This document shows, one piece after another, positions 14,601-26,611 of a stretch of DNA of 64,000 bases (its first letter is position 1; every line of letters begins with the position of its first letter). Under the pieces are notes generated by a model, which ran no database searches, was not told the DNA's origin, and saw nothing but the letters and a program-made list of their open reading frames with translations. Both the position numbers and the translations under genes were made by a program. Origin of the DNA: Phyllosticta citribraziliensis (lineage: Eukaryota); contig NW_027117347.1 of the NCBI RefSeq assembly GCF_038025025.1, forward strand, positions 434,001 through 498,000, given 5' to 3'.

Positions 14601-17600
14601 CTTAACTTATAAAAGATAGAAATAGTCTACTACTATATTAATAACCTTATATATAAAGAATATACTTATCTTAACTCCTTTTTAGCTATAGCCCTAGTAC
14701 TTATTATTAGGAAACCTAGTAGAGGCCTTTAAGTCTATATTAATTATAGAGGCCTTAATAAAATTACTATTAAGAACTAATATCTAATTCTAAATATAGC
14801 TAAAACTCTTTAATACCTCTAGGGCTATAAGTATTTTATAAAGCTTAATATTATTACTACTTTTAATAGAATTTAGATTATTATAATAGATAAATAGAAA
14901 ATAGCCTTTATTATCTATTATAATTAGTTTAAGTATCTAATAATACTATTTAAACTTTATAATACTCTTAGAATTTTCTAAAATTATATTAATAACTCTT
15001 TTAAAGATTATTTTAACCTTTAGGCTATAGCTTATCTTAATAATATTCTTATTTTTAATAAGATACTAGAGGAATATAAGAAATATATCTAAAAAGTTAT
15101 TATCTATTTATTTAATTAAAAACTCTTTATTAATATCTATAAGTATAAATTCTATATAGAAAAAGTTAAATACCTTAGTCTTTTTATTAGTATTAATAGT
15201 ATTTATATAGACCCTAAAAAGATAGAAGTAGTATTAAACTAATAAATTTTAAAGTCTATTAAAAATATTTAGACCTTCTTTAGCTTTACTAACTTCTATT
15301 ATTATTTTATTAAGAATTTCTCTTTATTTATTTAATTATTTATAGAACTTATTAAAGGGGAACTAAAGACTACTTCTTTAAGAAAAAAATACTATATTTA
15401 TACTATTCTAAATTAAACCCCTAAATATAAATATATCTTTTAGGCCCTTAAGACTATATTTACTTCTACTTTAATATTTATCTACTTTAATCTTAAATAA
15501 GAAATATAAATTAAAATAGATATTTTTAATTTTATTATTATTAGGGTTCTCTTCTAAGTTATTAATAGATAACTTTATCTAGTAGCCTTCTTCTTTAAGA
15601 AAATATCTCTAATAGAGTATAATTATAAAATCTATAATAAAGAGTTATTTATTATTATTAAGGTATTAGAGTTTTAGTACCTTAAAGCTATTAATATAGA
15701 ACTAGATAACCTAGTAAAGATCTTTTTAAATTATAAGAATCTAGAATAGTTTATAACTATTAAGAATTTTAATTATTAATAAGCCTACTAAGCTAAGTTC
15801 TTATCTAAATTTAACTTTAAAATTATATATTATCCTAGTAAATAAGGTAAAAAATCTAATTTCCTTATTAAATACTTTTAAAACCTTCCTTAAAATAACT
15901 CTAATATCTATTAATTATATTAATACTAGATAATTCTAAAATAATATTATTTAGATCTAGTTTTATAATTAGCTATCTCCTATCTCTCTATTATACCTTA
16001 TATTATAGACTAGCCTATTTTTACTACTTTTAATCTATCCCCTCTATTCTTACTAACTACTTTATTAGAAGAAAGCTATAGAGCCTCTAGTACTACTTAT
16101 CTATAGGAACTTATTACTAAAGCCTATAAAATTAATAAGGATATATAATACCTTATAATAATTATATAAAATTAGAATTTAAAGATCCTAATACTCCTTA
16201 TTAAAAAGGGCTATTATCTTTATATAGGATATCTAAAGGTTAAGAATAGCTACCTTTTTATAAAAAATTAGCTCTTTATCTCTAATAACTCTAAACTATA
16301 TCTTAAGGTTATATAGGCTTATTACCTTCTATTATACCTTAATTACCCTAATTATAAATTAATAAGTAAACTTATTAACTACTCCTATTATTAATCTAAT
16401 CTAAAGAATAATTATTTAATCTTTATTTATACTTATATCTAATACTACTAGTCCTCTACTAATAATTAAAAGAAGTAAGGTTTTCTTTAACTACTAGAAT
16501 TATTAATCTACTATTAGACTAATATTAGCTTTAACTTTATTAAGTACCTTCTAGACTCCTATTTCTATAATTAAGACTATTCCTATATCCTTATTATAAT
16601 TAACTACCTTATAAAGGCTATTATCTTAAAAGGACTTCTAGATAATAGGATTAACTCCTTATATAAGGCTATTATCTATTATCTCTTCTATATATAAGGT
16701 TTCTATAAAGAATTTATTAATAATTATAATAATATTATACTTATTTAAGTTTAGTACTATATCTACTACTATTATAGTATTAAAATTAAGTACTCTTTAG
16801 CCTAGTATCCTAAGACTAATAGCTAGATTAAAGTAACTAATAAATCTATTAAGAATATCCTCTATACCTTTATTAACTACTATTAAAATAACTAGATATT
16901 CTAGCTTCTCTATATTAAATTTACTTTTAATAACTATATTAACTCCTCTATTAGTATATCCCTATTTTTTACTAACTATAGATATAACCTATATATTAGA
17001 ATTAAGCCCCTATTTTTAAATATTAACTAAGACCCTTAAATTAACTATACTAACTATATTATTATCTAGACTTATACTATTAACTAGTAACTTAATATAC
17101 TTATTTAAGCTATATAAGAGGATTATACCTATTATACTAATAAATACTAGGCCCTATACCTAAACTATAAGGTTAGAGACCTTATCTATATTAATATATA
17201 GAACTTCTCTATTATAAGGCCTAGTAAAAGTTTAGACTAGAAATAGTATAGCCCCTAGCTAATTAAGTATATTATTAATTATAAGGCCTATAAGCTTATT
17301 ATTCTAGAGGATAAGCTTATTAATAGCCTTATACTAATCTTCTATTTATAGAAACTTTACCTTATCTCTACCCCTTTTTCTAGTTAAATTCTTAAACCTA
17401 TTAGCTCTAATATCCTTACTTATAATAACCCTAAAGATAAACCTTATAGTAAGTAGGAAGTTATTAAGATTATTAACTTCTATAAGATAAAGTACTTTAG
17501 TATCTAATATAAGGCTACCTTTATTAATAACTAGGATAACTAGAATACTAACCCCTAATAGCTCCTTTAAACTAACTTTATCTATTTAAAGAATCTTATT

Positions 17601-17738
17601 TTAGAATATTATTACCTTAATCTAGGTAAACTACCTCCTTTAGATAATTTAGTTTATTAGATAGACCTAAAGGAAGATCTACTAGGTATTACTATCTTTC
17701 TAATTTAAGGGACTTTATCTAATAGAGAGGGGGGGTAG

Positions 17739-17943
17739 TATTAGGCCTATATCTATATAAAGATTAGTTTATTAGAACCTAATCTAGTATAAGTAAGTAT
17801 ATAACTATATACTTATTTAGTAGGCTAAATAATTAGCCTATTATAACTATATTCCTATCTTCTTCTTAGTACTACTTCTCCTTTTCTCTTTATCTTAGAC
17901 TTTTAGTTAGCTAAATATAGTATTTACCTCTTTAAGCCTTATA
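17739..17943 (+). repeat. 3' LTR of B2
   Basis: Preceded by the PPT AGAGAGGGGGGGTAG and followed by the TSD CCTTA. Confidence 0.93.
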
Positions 17944-17954
17944 CCTTAGACTTA

Positions 17955-18159
17955 TATAAGGCTTAAAGAGGTAAATACTATATTTAGCTAACTAAAAGTC
18001 TAAGATAAAGAGAAAAGGAGAAGTAGTACTAAGAAGAAGATAGGAATATAGTTATAATAGGCTAAGTAATTAGCCTACTAAGTAAGTATATAGTTATATA
18101 CTTACTTATACTAGGTTAGGTTCTAGTAATCTGGTCCTTATATAGGCGCGGGCCTGATA
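17955..18159 (-). repeat. 5' LTR of B1
   Basis: Same 205-bp sequence, ends ...GGCGCGGGCCTGATA followed by the TSD GATAA. Confidence 0.92.
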
Positions 18160-20788
18160 GATAAGTAGATTAAGGACCTACTTATATTCTAGACCTACTA
18201 TAGTACCTATAAGTACTTAGTTATACCCTTTAATATAGCTAATAGCCCTAGTACCTAGTAATAGTTAATTAATAAGTATTTATTCTACTATCTTAGTAAG
18301 TATACTACTATATACCTTAATAATATCCTTATCTATAGCTAAATACTTATAGATTACTAATAATATATCTAAGAGGTCCTTATATAGCTATAAGAGTATA
18401 GTTTATAAGTTAATATTAATAAATATAAGTTTTATATCTAGAAAACCTAGTTTTTAGGTATTATTATCTCTACTAATAGTATTTATATAGACCCCTCTAA
18501 GACTAATATAATTATATCTTAGGAATAGTATATAATAGTAAAATAGGTTTAGTCCTTTCTTAGTACTAATAATTTCTACTAGTAATTTATTAAGGACTAT
18601 AGTAAAACTACTAGGCTATTAATATAGCTAATATATAAGAATACTATCTAGTAGTAGACTAATACTAAATAATAATTATTTAATAGTCTTAAGTATATCC
18701 TTATAATAGTACTAGTCCTTACTTACTTTAATCTAGCCTATAAGATTATTATAGAAATAGACTTATTTTATTAGACTAATAGTAGCCTTCTCTTCTAGTA
18801 TAATAATAAATAATAGCTTTATCCTATTATATACTACTCTAAGACTATAGTACTAGCTAAGCTTAACTATACTATCTATAGTAAAGAGCTTCTACTTATT
18901 ATTAATACCTTAGAGTTATAAAAGCCTAATCTTAAGGCCTATTAAATACTATTTATAGTATTTATAGATTATTAGATACTATAGTACTTTACTATAATTA
19001 AGTAACTTACTTATTATTAAGCCTATTAGGCTAAATTCCTCTTTAAGTATAACTTTAAGATTATATATTACCCTAGTTATACTAATATTAAAGCTAATAT
19101 ACTTACCTATTATCCTTAGGATATACCTACTACTAATAATCCCTAGTAATAAATATAATACTAAACCCTACTCCTAGCTAATAAACTCTTAGCTAATATA
19201 TAAAAAGACTAGGAGCTAGCCCTAGTAGATAATACTAATAATAATAATATATTTATAATCTACTATTTACTTATAGCTAATACTATAGATAATACTAAAA
19301 TAAATAACTAGAGGTATTATACTAGTAAGCTAGACTTACTATTTATAGTTAATAGGTACTAGAATATTTTTATAGATAGCTACCTTATTATTCCTACTAA
19401 ACTTAGGCCTCTCCTTATCTACTATATCTATAAATAGCTACTTACTAGCTATCCTAGCTAAACCTAGCTATATAATCTTCTAGCTCTATAATTTTAGTTT
19501 CTATATCTTATCTTACTTATATCCTAAGTTATAGATAACTATCTAAGCTATATCTATATTTATAAAGCTTATCTAACTATTTTAGGCTATCTTTAGCTAC
19601 TACTAGTTCTATTATAGCTATAGTAGTATATTACTATAGACTTTATTAGCCTACTATTATATAGTAAGGGTATAGATTCTATTCTAGTAATTTATAATTA
19701 TTTTAGTAAAGTATACTACTTTATTACTATAGATACTATAAATAATAGAACTATAGCTTTAGCTATAGCTTATATACTTATAGACTATATCTTTACTATT
19801 TATAGTTTCCCTCTCTTTATTATCTTAGACTATAGTAACTAATTTATCTCTTACCTATAGGAAGGCCTTACTTATATTATTAGTATTAGTTTAAAGCTAT
19901 CTACTAGCTATTATCTATAAACTAATAGCTAGACTAAATAAGCTAATTAGAATCTTAAGAATTACTTAAGATAGTTTATTAGGTTCTATTAGGATAATTA
20001 GTAACTACTACTATCTATTACCTAGTTTAAAGCTAATAATATACTATATAAGAGCCTTAATAGCTACTCTCCTTTTTATATTTATTATAGCTATAAGCTA
20101 TAATTTAATTTTAATACTAAAGTAGCTATTTATAGTATCTATAGACTAATTATAGATACCTATTCTATATAACTATAAATTACTTAAGCTATTACTTATA
20201 CTATATAATAGGTATAGAATAAGACTAAGTATAGTCTTATACTTATATAATAATAAATAGCTATATAAGCTAACTACTAGTATTAGGATTACCTTATTAA
20301 ACTAGGTAAATATATATATATATATAGATTATATATATATACTCTATAGCTATCCTACTATACTTAATTTTTATAATAATAGACTAAATTAAGTTACTAA
20401 TATCTATAGTAACTATACTATATTATAACTACCTATTAGTTTATATACCTATAATAAATTTAATATCTTATATCTTATTATTATTAATAATAACCTACTA
20501 TCTAGCTAATAACTAGCTATTAGTCTAGCCTTATAAGATAATAATAATAAGAATAAGAATATTAATTAGGAGGTAGAGGAGGTTATAGGCTACTAGATAT
20601 TAGCTAATAGGATACTCTAGTTTAGGGTAAACTAGGCTAACTATCTACTAGACTAGGTATTCTATAATATAGATAATAGTAAGTTTAATAATATATATAA
20701 TATTATCTTATACTACTATAAATAATACCTAAACCTATACCTACTAGCTAGTTAGATATATAACTAAGTACTAAAAATATTACTTACT

Positions 20789-20811
20789 AGGAGGGGGAGG
20801 GTAGGGGGTAG
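20789..20811 (+). other. Polypurine tract of element A
   Basis: AGGAGGGGGAGGGTAGGGGGTAG directly abuts the 3' LTR. Confidence 0.85.
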
Positions 20812-21012
20812 TATTATATACTATATAGTATATATAGTTTATATTTTATAGTATTTAGTACTTAGTATTTACTACTTATATATATACTAGCTATTTATAG
20901 CTAGCCTAGGAGTAGATAGTTATTCTATATAGGCTATATAATAACTACTCTTACTCCCTACCTATTAATTATTAGTAGTCTATATTAATTTACTCTACTA
21001 GGCGCTATAATA
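20812..21012 (+). repeat. 3' LTR of element A
   Basis: Direct repeat of 1894-2094, preceded by the PPT. Ends GGCGCTATAATA, an imperfect inverted repeat of the LTR start. Confidence 0.88.
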
Positions 21013-21398
21013 CTCCCTAAGTATTAAAAATCTATTTAAAAACTTAGAAACTATAAAGGCTACCTTAGCCTTTATTAAAAAGACTAATATAGCTACTAAA
21101 TAGTAGTATATTAAAAGAGAACCTACTATATAGTAGGGTTAAGGAGTTATAGAGATATATATCTTTATATATCTTACTCTCCTACCTATAAAACCTAACC
21201 TTTTCCTTATAGGGGCTAGGCCTAAAATATCTAATTATAACTACTAAAAAAACCCCTAAGACTAGTAATATATATACTCCTAATATAGTTATAACCTAAT
21301 AGGATATATAATATATAAGCTATATAGAACTACTAGGATTACCATCCTCATGTCTTATAGTCTTAGACTTAAGAGGGACATTAAACTAAATAAATAAA
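21013..21398 (+). mobile_element. Probable 3' end of a RIP-degraded non-LTR (LINE, Tad1-like) element
   Basis: A plus frame reads SLSIKNLFKNLETIKATLAFIKKTNIATK**YIKRE, resembling a fungal LINE ORF2 C-terminus. Ends in a (TAAA)3 tail at 21387-21398 where the AT-rich block stops. Confidence 0.55.
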
Positions 21399-21521
21399 CA
21401 CCCTAGTATCAAGCAAGAAAGAATACATGAATGCGTTGACTACTTTTCATACATGTTATTCACACAACCAACATGCGACGTAACAAGCTTAATAGGTACA
21501 CAGTACTGTTAGTAGAACGCC

Positions 21522-23467
21522 TCAAGACTTCGCAGCCCAAAAAGTGACGTAATTCTCCTTCGCCGGCTGCATCAAAATATCCATCTTAACGCCAGGATGC
21601 CCATCACCCCTACACTCGACCTTGTCAAAGCGCTGCAGCAGCCTGACGACGGTGTAGGCCATTTCGGTGCGGGCGAACTGCTGGCCGAGGCAAATGCGGG
21701 GCCCGCCGTTGAACGGGATGAAGGTCCACGGCCTGGGGATCCACGATTCCCAGCGCTCCGGCGCGAAGGTGTGGATGGGTGGGAAGCCGGAGGAGATGGG
21801 CGGGTAGATGTCCGGGCTGTGCTGCATCATCAGCGTGGTGTAGCCGATGGGCGTCCCCTTGAGGACGCCCACTGGGCTGTTGCCGTCGGGACCACCGCCG
21901 TGGGGGAGCGTGGTGTCTTTGAGCGCGGTCCTGACGTTGAACGGGACGGCGGGGTACAGTCGCATCGTCTCGTTGAGAGTGTTCTACGTTTGTGTAAGCG
22001 CAGCTCGTCGACGTTGGATAAACACGGAATGATCGCTTGAGCCGAGCGAGACAACCGGCCCTCGGAGACTTACCTGGAGATACTTCATTGACTTCAGATG
22101 CTCATAAGTTGGTTTCGAGTGCGGCCCCACGACGTCCAAGATCTCTCTTCTCAACTTCTGCACCACCTTGGGATGAATCGACAGTTCGTAGAAAAGCCAG
22201 GAAAGCGTGCAAGCTGTGGTGTCGCGCCCGGCAAGCAACAGGGCAGTGAGTTGATCTCGAAGCACACGAGCATCCCTCGTGTAGCCGGCGAGGGCGTGGA
22301 GGAAGGTGAATCCCTCCTCGTTCTTCGTCCTCTTCTCCAACTCTTCAGGTGACAGGCTCAAGGCTTGTTCCAAGAACGGCTGCACAAACTCCTCCATCGT
22401 CTTGATGTTTCTGCGGAACTCTCTGCGCGGATAAAACCGGTTTACTGGACTACCGGGTGTCAGCATGCAGAGCGGCAGCGTAAAGTCAACTGAAAAAAGC
22501 CAGCCCATGTGATGGTCTAGCGTCGAAAACAACTCAAGTCCGCAGACACTGAGCAAGATCCGAGTAGACCGCACTAAATGCAAGAACACTCAATGTCGAC
22601 GGTGGGTCTGGGACGCATGCACGCATGCAGGTAAAAGGCAAAGGAACGAAGAGTGACAGAAGTGCCACGACTGAGAAACAAAAGGTACTTTAAAGATGCA
22701 GCCACTCACCCAATTTTGGCCATGACGCTCTGGGCATGCTGGACTTTGGCAAATGCGTCTGCAAACTCTACCGACGGGTTCTCTTGACTGTCAACGCTGC
22801 GTCCGAACAGGAACTCGGTGGCGCAATCAAGAGTGAATCTGCACTGTGGTCAATATCATGCATGTCCCGAAGCAAATTGGCCTTCATACCTGAAGAGCAG
22901 GTCCATTATGTCAACCGTCTGTCCATCGCCACCGAGGTGCTCCATGAGGATCTGGACATGCTTCTCGTGAAGCTCGAGATCACTGATTCTGTCCTTGAGG
23001 AAGAGAGGCCTCAGCATTTGCCTGCCCTGGTACCAAGCATCGCCGTCGGTTGTGAAGATGCTGTCACCCAGAAAGTCGTGCCATTCCCTGTTGAAGCGCT
23101 CGCCCTTGCCAAAGTCATGGAACTGGGCGGCGAGAATGGCCTTGATGTTTTCAGGATCGGCCGTGAAGATCATGCGCATCCCGCCGAGGCGCGACTCGAC
23201 CGTGTATGGGTTGTTGGGATTCCCGTAGGTGTAGAAGATGGTGTGCCACATCTCGTAGGCCTGGTTGTACCACACAGCATTCAGGGTCCTGTAAACAAGA
23301 TCCAGGCCCCATGGCAACCAGCTTCTGATGGGCGGAGCATAGCCGCCCAGCGCGCGGATTCTCCTGGAGTCATTCAGTCTCGTGAAAAGGGCATACACCA
23401 AGTAGGACGCGCCCAAGAAGGCGGAGATGTTGAAAAAAGAGACATCTTGACTGAGAGACTCGAGCAT
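21522..23467 (-). CDS. Cytochrome P450, CYP52-like (alkane/fatty-acid hydroxylase clan), 4 exons
   Basis: IFTADPENIKAILA, DSIFTTDG, I-helix LLAGRDTTA, ETMR (ExxR), PERW and heme motif FNGGPRICLG. GT-AG introns at ~22889-22839, 22709-22450 and 22073-21984. Start Met is inferred. Confidence 0.9.
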
Positions 23468-23986
23468 TTTTGCGACGGGTGGATCTTTCCAGAATAGGGA
23501 GAGCATAGGAAAGGACAGTGAGACGAGTGCCACCACCAGAGAAGGCAGTTTTATCTCGGACGGGCACAAGCAAGTGTCGGTGTCGTGCCGCAACCCCACC
23601 TGGGTCGGCATTCCCAGTCCCAGATGGAAACAGGCATGCCCCACCAATGACGTCCCGCGTCTCTACACCAGATGCGACGCGTGATACGTCCGTAAGCACG
23701 CTACTCCACCATTAGGTGTAACACGTTTGCCACGAGCTGCCCGGATGCGTCGTCGAGACCTAACGGAATAGGCAATCTAGTCGCGTAGAGCGTTGCGGAC
23801 CTCGGACGGAGCGAACTACGCACGCTATGACTTTCACGGCAGGTACACATATGTTGACTTGATCAGCGAGACCATCGCAAGAACAGCGTTCTTGGAGCCA
23901 TTAATTGATTTCTCCAGGCAGCAGCATTTTTGACTGACCTAACCCTAAACTATCGCCAAACCTGTAACCACCACCGTCTCCTTACC

Positions 23987-25801
23987 TTACAGCGCGCACT
24001 GGGTGCCGTTCTGGGTGCAGAAGGCCATGTGAGGGAGTTCTGCCTGGATACCTCTGGCAATCAATCTCTCCCTAAAGTCGACCAGCCTTGGGCTGGCGAG
24101 AATCTGGCTTCGGTTTTTTCCTTGCTCGTCCTTTGCGCCACTCCAAAGGACTTCGGCGGCGGCAGCAGCTCGAGGCCACAGCTGGCGATCAATGGTGGCG
24201 GAATCTGTCTGCTCGGTCCACATGTGGCACTCACCCCCAACGACAAGGTGCTGTTGGTCGGCAGGCACTCCGCTCAAAGGATCGTACGAGTACATCAGCT
24301 TCCAGTTCTTGCGTGGAGAACAGTAGTCGGCAAACGGATAAAAGCCTGCAGCCGATTCCGGGCGGAAGTCAAGCCACTGGCCAAGACCACAATCAAGATA
24401 CTGTAACACGGATAAGCCCTTCCCGTCCACTTACGCTTCTCTTTAAGCTTTGAACTTACCCAATAATTATAGTTGCCCGCCAGCGCCTTGTAGCCCTTTT
24501 CGGTTGTTTGCGCCACAGCCGCGTCCGACTGCCATGTCTGAACAAGAACGTCCTTGCCGAGAGTCAAGTTCCACTCGAGGAGCATTTCTTCCCAGACCAC
24601 GGGCGTGAGTCCGTATTTGCGGACTTGGTCGTGGTTGCGGTCCACAAACTTCTGCATCAGGGGCTGCAAGACTGCGCTGTCGTTGGACTTGACCGTGTCA
24701 TCGAGCAAGTAAGCTTGTTTGTTGACCTCGTCACCACCAGTGTGGTAGTACGAGGAGTACTCGGTGACGCGAGGGAGCAGGTCATCGAACAGCTTCTCCA
24801 AGAAATCATCAACAGCTGGGGAGTTGAGCTTCAAGGTGCCGCAGGGTGGCTCAGCGCAGTACGTGCTCCAGTCAGGCTGTGTGTTGAACGCAGCGACCAG
24901 ATCCGGGTTGGAGAACCAAATGGACGAAGTGTGGCCCGGCATGTCGATTTCCAAATACGGCTCGATGGCCAGGGATCGGGCGTAGTCCTGAATGTCTTTC
25001 AAGTCCTCAGGAGTGTACACTAAGCCAGTGTAGTAAGCTCCCTTGCCGGAAAGCTCTGGTAGGGCCGGAATCTCCAACGGCCACGACTGAGCATCAGTCA
25101 CGTGGAAGTGGAAGCGGTTCAACTTGGTCTGGGCCATGGCATCCAAGATGCGCTTGATGTCGGAGACTGGGAAGTAGCTTCTTGCCACATCCATGTTGAT
25201 GCCGCGGTGAGCAAACTTGGGTGCATCCTGGATCTCGACAGGCGCAAGGTTCGTGTACGAGCCGCCTGCAGTGTGCTTGAAGAAGAGTTGGGAGAAGGTG
25301 GTCAAGCCGTAGACCAGGCCGACGGACGAGTTCGCAGTGATTTTGACCTCGCCGGAGGTGGCAACGCTGAGCTGGTACGACTCGTCGACGGTGGTGTCAT
25401 TGGGCTTGTTGAATCCTTCGACATCGGGGCTATTTTGCTTCAAGACAATTGAAGAGATGAAGATCTTGTTGTCGGTGGACGGCTCAAAGCTGGTGAAGCG
25501 CGGGTGGAACCTCCAAGGAACAAAGAGCTGATCAGAAATGGTCTTGTAAGTCCGCTGGATGGCCGTCTGGACGAGTTGCTGGGAGGCATTGCTTGTACTC
25601 TATGTGGTACACGTTAGCGGCCTACACGTTGAGTGCCTACGAAAATCACAGGATGCGTACGCCAGTATCCGGGTTTTCGTAGTCAACTTTGACGTTGCTA
25701 TCAATCCACAGGACGTCGGTGCCGGACGTGTACTTGGTTGGAATGGGCCAAATGGCGGCGACCAAGGGCGCGCCAATGCAGAGAAGACCGATCAACCTCA
25801 T
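23987..25801 (-). CDS. Secreted GH20 beta-N-acetylhexosaminidase, 3 exons
   Basis: Signal peptide MRLIGLLCIGAPLVAAIWPIP, DAPKFAHRG..MDVARSY, EIDMPGH, catalytic HTGGDE, GGECHMWTEQ..LWPRAAAAAE. Introns at ~25660-25600 and 24459-24401. Confidence 0.93.
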
Positions 25802-26611
25802 TGTTGACGAAGACAGGGGCCCTGAACAGTTCCTGAACAGTAGGATGCAGATGGCTTCAGTGGCCGCGTTTCATGGAGGTTGTATGGACAGAGAACGGAG
25901 GGAAGGAAGAAGAGGCGCGGGAGTGGGCGGAGTGTTGATGGACAGGGTTGGGGGGATGATGATGGAGCAAGGCTGAGCGAGGACGGATGATCAGGACAGA
26001 TGACGGGGAAGCCGGCCGTGCGCAAGGTCTCAGTCAGTCGACTGTGGGGGGTGGAGTAATGAACGGATGGGGGTTGAATAAGTTTTATATCGACAGGACG
26101 GTGAGTAGGTGGGTAACCGTCGAGAGTTGCACGGCAGGCAGAGGCGAACGGCGCGCGCGGGCGGCTAACAAGGTTCAGGCTCGCATTGCTTGTGCAGTCT
26201 TTTGTCTGTGAGGGCGAAGCTTTTTGGATTTTTGCTTTGTGGAGGGCTTGCGAGGAGAGCCGGGGCTGGGTGACGAGTGCCTGGAGGACATTACAGTATC
26301 TCGGTAGGTGCGTGGTGTATTATAATTAGCTCCCACCAGATCAACAAACACCGAGGGCGCCGTGGCGTTTCAATGCCGGCCTGCTCGTATCCAGCCATCA
26401 CCAAGTCAGCTCGCCCCGCAACGGGCAAAGCCCCCCCCCCAGCCACGACCGGCGTTCCATGCCCACCTCCTACTTAACCGTAAAACTATCCCTCCCTCCC
26501 TTGCGACCTCTTGCAATTACTCGTGCTCAGTGATCAGGAAACCAAATTGGGGTATATCATCGCCATCCAACCACAACCACGCGTGCGCACCTGGCCTACC
26601 CGGCGGCCTTT

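Larger units (their letters stand above)
11412..17943 (+). mobile_element. Full-length (6.5 kb) Ty3/Gypsy chromovirus element B2, same family as B1, opposite orientation
   Basis: LTRs at 11412-11616 and 17739-17943. TSD CCTTA at 11407-11411 and 17944-17948. PPT at 17724-17738. Degenerate Zn knuckle ~13525-13580, AYLNNILIF (YLDD) ~15030, NYKIYNKELF (RNase H) ~15621, A*YPKTNS*IK (integrase) ~16800, *EVIKII chromodomain-like ~17454. Confidence 0.95.
5094..18159 (-). mobile_element. Ty3/Gypsy chromovirus element B1 (RIP-inactivated), nested in the RT of A and interrupted by B2
   Basis: 205-bp LTRs at 5094-5298 and 17955-18159. 5-bp TSD GATAA at 5089-5093 and 18160-18164. Minus-strand PPT at 5299-5312. 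YLNNILI (YLDD) on the minus strand at ~7982-8002. Confidence 0.93.
1894..21012 (+). mobile_element. Ty3/Gypsy chromovirus element A (RIP-inactivated), interrupted by B1/B2 at 5094-18159
   Basis: Paired LTRs and a PPT before the 3' LTR. RT motifs: ITKLNIK*PF at ~5041 continues after the insert as TYKYLVIPFNIANSP (~18205) and YLNNILIYS (=YLDD, 18313). Also RNase H-like NYTIYSKELL (~18865), integrase-like STSYYL*TNS*TK (~19901) and chromodomain-like *EVEEVI (~20567). Confidence 0.9.
1..21400. other. AT-rich, RIP-degraded transposon block
   Basis: Almost no CpA/TpG/CpG, strong TpA excess, and no ORF in the supplied track before 21522. Composition switches abruptly to GC-balanced at ~21340-21420. 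Confidence 0.95.

Noticed and set aside
1..21400. Centromere or subtelomere assignment
   Set aside because: AT-rich nested retroelements fit either, but also fit an ordinary interstitial RIP block. It cannot be decided from this window.
23939..23948. CTAACCCTAA telomere-like or telomerase-template-like motif
   Set aside because: A single 10-mer in the short hexosaminidase 3' region, with no array and no room for a telomerase RNA.
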